Below the pieces are notes generated by a model that made no database searches, was not told the origin of the DNA, and was given only the letters and a program-made list of their open reading frames with translations. DNA of 64,000 nt from Thalia democratica. Taxonomy: Eukaryota. Each line of letters opens with the position of its first letter. The stretch's first letter is position 1. Positions 61,024-64,000 of this stretch are shown here, piece by piece. Made by a program: the position numbers and the translations under genes. The DNA is taken from positions 72,044,001-72,108,000 of the forward strand of contig OZ241827.1 of the NCBI GenBank assembly GCA_965202585.1, written 5' to 3'.

Positions 61024-63590
61024 TATCGTTTACATTAATGATTTTATAGTATCGTAAAAACACTTACTTAATCACTACAAAACAAACTCAATATTGATTT
61101 TACTAACACACTTAGTTGAGTACCAACAAATACCTGTTGGTCTCACAGGGGCATAACTAACAGTGTAGTGTGGACCCGCAACTGGAAATAGCAAAATATG
61201 ACTAAAAAATAGTAAAGATACGTGATTTTTATAAACTTTTAAAACATCAATGTAACTTACAAGAAATTTACTTTTAAAAGACGCACATTGTTTCAGCGGA
61301 TATTTTTCGATTAGAATCTTAATAATCGTGTTTAAGTAGCCTTTTATTTAAATTTTTCCTAATTTTAATTATCCAAGAAAATTTTTCAGTTATCTTTGTT
61401 TTATTTAAAGTAAAACACTTCAGGGAGTTTCAAGTGAAGACAAGATTAATTCCTGATATAAAATGAAAACAATGTTAAATTTCTGAAGTTGCTATTCAAA
61501 CTGTTTAGTCCAATTTAATCTTAGTTTTTGTAAATTTTAAGTTAGATTTAGTTTTTAATTTTTAATTGAAACTTAAGCTATTTTTTTTATTAAAATAACC
61601 TCTAAATATATATGGCTTTTATCATAGTTAAACTTATGCTTATAAATTTTAGATTGAATGAAAAATATCTATTTAAACTGGTACTTTTTAGCTAAATTTT
61701 AATTCAGTTTATAAAACTTAAACATCTGTATAAAACATTAATAGATTTCTTTACTTAATTAAGTTCAATTTCAAGAATGTTTTAATCTGTTAACAAATTA
61801 ATCTCATTCAACTTAGTTAGTTAATTTTTTTAAATTCTTTTCTTGAAAAATAGTAATTAAAGCTACTCCACTAAATCTCTACATGATTTAAAAAGTTTTA
61901 AACTTTATATTGTTAATTTTTTGCATATCGTATTTAATTAAAGAACTTTCGACGTAAAAATAACAATCGCATTTTATACTTTTTATTTTTTAAACAAAAA
62001 ACAAACTATACACATAAAAATCCTAATGAGTTAAGTTTTAACTTAGTTTAAAAATAACACTATTTGTTTAATTTTTTCATAGTTTTTTTAGTTTTAATTT
62101 ATAAGGAATTTGTTTTACAAAATTAATTCAAACTGAGAAAACTTTTCTAGTATTCATCATCATTACAGTCATGAAAAACTTCTTAACACACAAACAATGC
62201 AGTATACTAGTTTTACAGGGTTGTTTTAAAACATTTTTCTTGTTTCATTTAGAAACATGTGGTAAGTAAAATCTAACATGTAATTGTAAATATATATGAA
62301 GTTTTTTGTTAATTAAACTACCGGGACGGGTCAGATTTGCACGAAGGGTCCTTTTTACGCGAGTCCCCAATTTTGCAAGGAGTCACTTTTGTACGGTTGA
62401 ATTGTTCAAATCAATTGCTTTAAAGTTTTTACCAAATTATGAAACAGATTTTGCAAAAAATTGTTGAAACAACAATTTTGCTTCTACCGTTTGCAGTGAC
62501 GTAACAATAGTTTTCTCATTTTTTTTAAACATACTATGATATATAAACCTCTACATTTAATGAATATGTTAGCCGTTGCTCATATGCTTCTTGACTAAAT
62601 TTTAAAGCTGTTTCAAAACAGTATACATTACTATAAGTTAAATCAAAGTTAAACTGGTTTTGTATTTGTAATAAAGGTCGTTTTATAAAAAAATATATAA
62701 CCATTTGATACATCACTTTTATAAGTCTACAATCTTTTAATTTAGAAATTGTGTTAACACAAAAGTTTCAAAATACCATCTGGTTTTCAGTGCAACAAAA
62801 AAACGTCCTGTAATTTTTTAATAAACATAGATTAAATTATTAAAACTTATTGTAGGGTGTTATTTACATTTATGATGCTAGATTCAAGTCTCCTTTTTAT
62901 ATAAACTGTTTAACAACTTTAAATGTATTATTGAGAAACAGAGTAAATGCTTACAAATCTAGGATTTTGTAAAATATGTAAAAAATATTTTGTTATATTA
63001 AAAAGGTTGAATTATTAAATAAAATCACCAATATTAATTATTAATACATCTTTACTTTTCAATTGTTCTTAAAATACCTTTTCAACAAAATAAAACAACA
63101 CATTAACAACTTATCAAGAGACGTACTGAAAGAAACATTTGTAATACAATAACATAACTTATTGCTTATTCTTAAATTGTTAAATTAGTTTTAAAAAATT
63201 CTAGTTAAATTAGTTGTTTCATAAATATATGAATATATGTAGCTAGTAAAATATTAAGTTGTCAGTTTATTGTTTGTTGTATGAAAAATAATAATGGGTA
63301 TGCGTTAATAGTTATTAACCTAGCTATCTTTTTAAAAAACTACTTTAGCTTATTTGAATAGAATTAACTTATACAAATTAGTTTTAGTGAAAACGATTTC
63401 TGTTTTAAGTTTTTTACTGTAATATACGAGAAGTTCACAAGGTTTTTAATTATTGTTTTTACTTGTTTCAAATACTTTAATGTGTTACTAGTCTGTAGTT
63501 TTCAAACATTTCTAGTTACAAAAATATATTTAATAATATTTTAGCAACACTACAGGCTTTTTTTTTGTACCTGTAAAATTTATTTTTGTC

Positions 63591-64000
63591 ATGGCGCGAG
63601 GGAAAATGGGACCTGCGTTGGGCAAACCACGTGTTCTCTCAAAAGGAGCAATTCGGAGAATGCAAAGAAAGAAAGGAATATTTCAAACATCAAATGCCAC
63701 TGATTTAAAAACAAGCGAAATACCGGGAAAATTAGAGCTTCGAGGCATGGATATTTATGTTTTGTATCAAAATAGGTACTGTGACCAGCAGGAATTTGGT
63801 GTGGTTTTTTGCGGACGTAGGGATAATAAAACAGAAAGATTTTCTGAGCATGTAGTAGAACTAAAAGGTAAAAAATTAACAAGTTTGCCTTTAATGTTGA
63901 AAGTAAAACGTGCTTGTAAGTCTGCAGTGATTGGATCAAATGTTTATAATGTTACAGATGCTAAATTTTTTGACTCTGATCCTTCTATTGATGTTCTTTC
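63591..64000 (+). CDS. BTB-less Kelch-repeat protein, second copy, open to the window end (3'-partial)
   Basis: ATG at 63591, no stop through 64000: MARGKMGPALGKPRVLSKGAIRRMQRKKG...FGVVFCGRRDNK...KRACKSAVIGSNVYNVTD. Has sense codons where copy 1 has TGA. Confidence 0.8.
   Translation, partial: MARGKMGPALGKPRVLSKGAIRRMQRKKGIFQTSNATDLKTSEIPGKLELRGMDIYVLYQNRYCDQQEFGVVFCGRRDNKTERFSEHVVELKGKKLTSLPLMLKVKRACKSAVIGSNVYNVTDAKFFDSDPSIDVL

Larger units (their letters stand above)
54490..64000 (+). repeat. Tandem segmental duplication carrying the Kelch gene
   Basis: 54490-54850 aligns with 60090-61195 (after removing the PLE insert). 56770-57820 aligns with 62970-64000. Confidence 0.88.

Overview
Very AT-rich, intron-containing eukaryotic (invertebrate-animal-like) genomic DNA; the species cannot be assigned from sequence alone. 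Three protein-coding loci can be built by hand from splice sites. (1) A + strand multi-exon gene (3160-10886, 5' end not found). It appears to fuse two tandem methyl-CpG-binding-domain (MBD)-like modules, each with a shared ~80-aa extension I do not recognise, to an expanding acidic linker and a FAF1-type UAS/coiled-coil/UBX (p97/VCP adaptor) C-terminus. Every intron phase is compatible with one ORF. This is the most unusual item in the window. (2) A divergent canonical-type poly(A) polymerase on the - strand (49233-45642, 6 exons) with a Q/N/Y-rich region and five RxxSPTN repeats. (3) A tandem pair of intronless, BTB-less Kelch genes: the first is disrupted, the second is open to the window edge. 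The rest is transposon-derived: an LTR Gag remnant; hAT, pogo and MULE MITEs with clear TIRs/TSDs; a 4.6-kb foldback-type MULE with minisatellite TIRs; a ~11-kb shuffled array of NOF-like MULE transposase fragments; LINE debris; two Penelope-like fragments; and three minimal hammerhead ribozyme motifs. All family assignments come from my own motif recognition, not from database searches.
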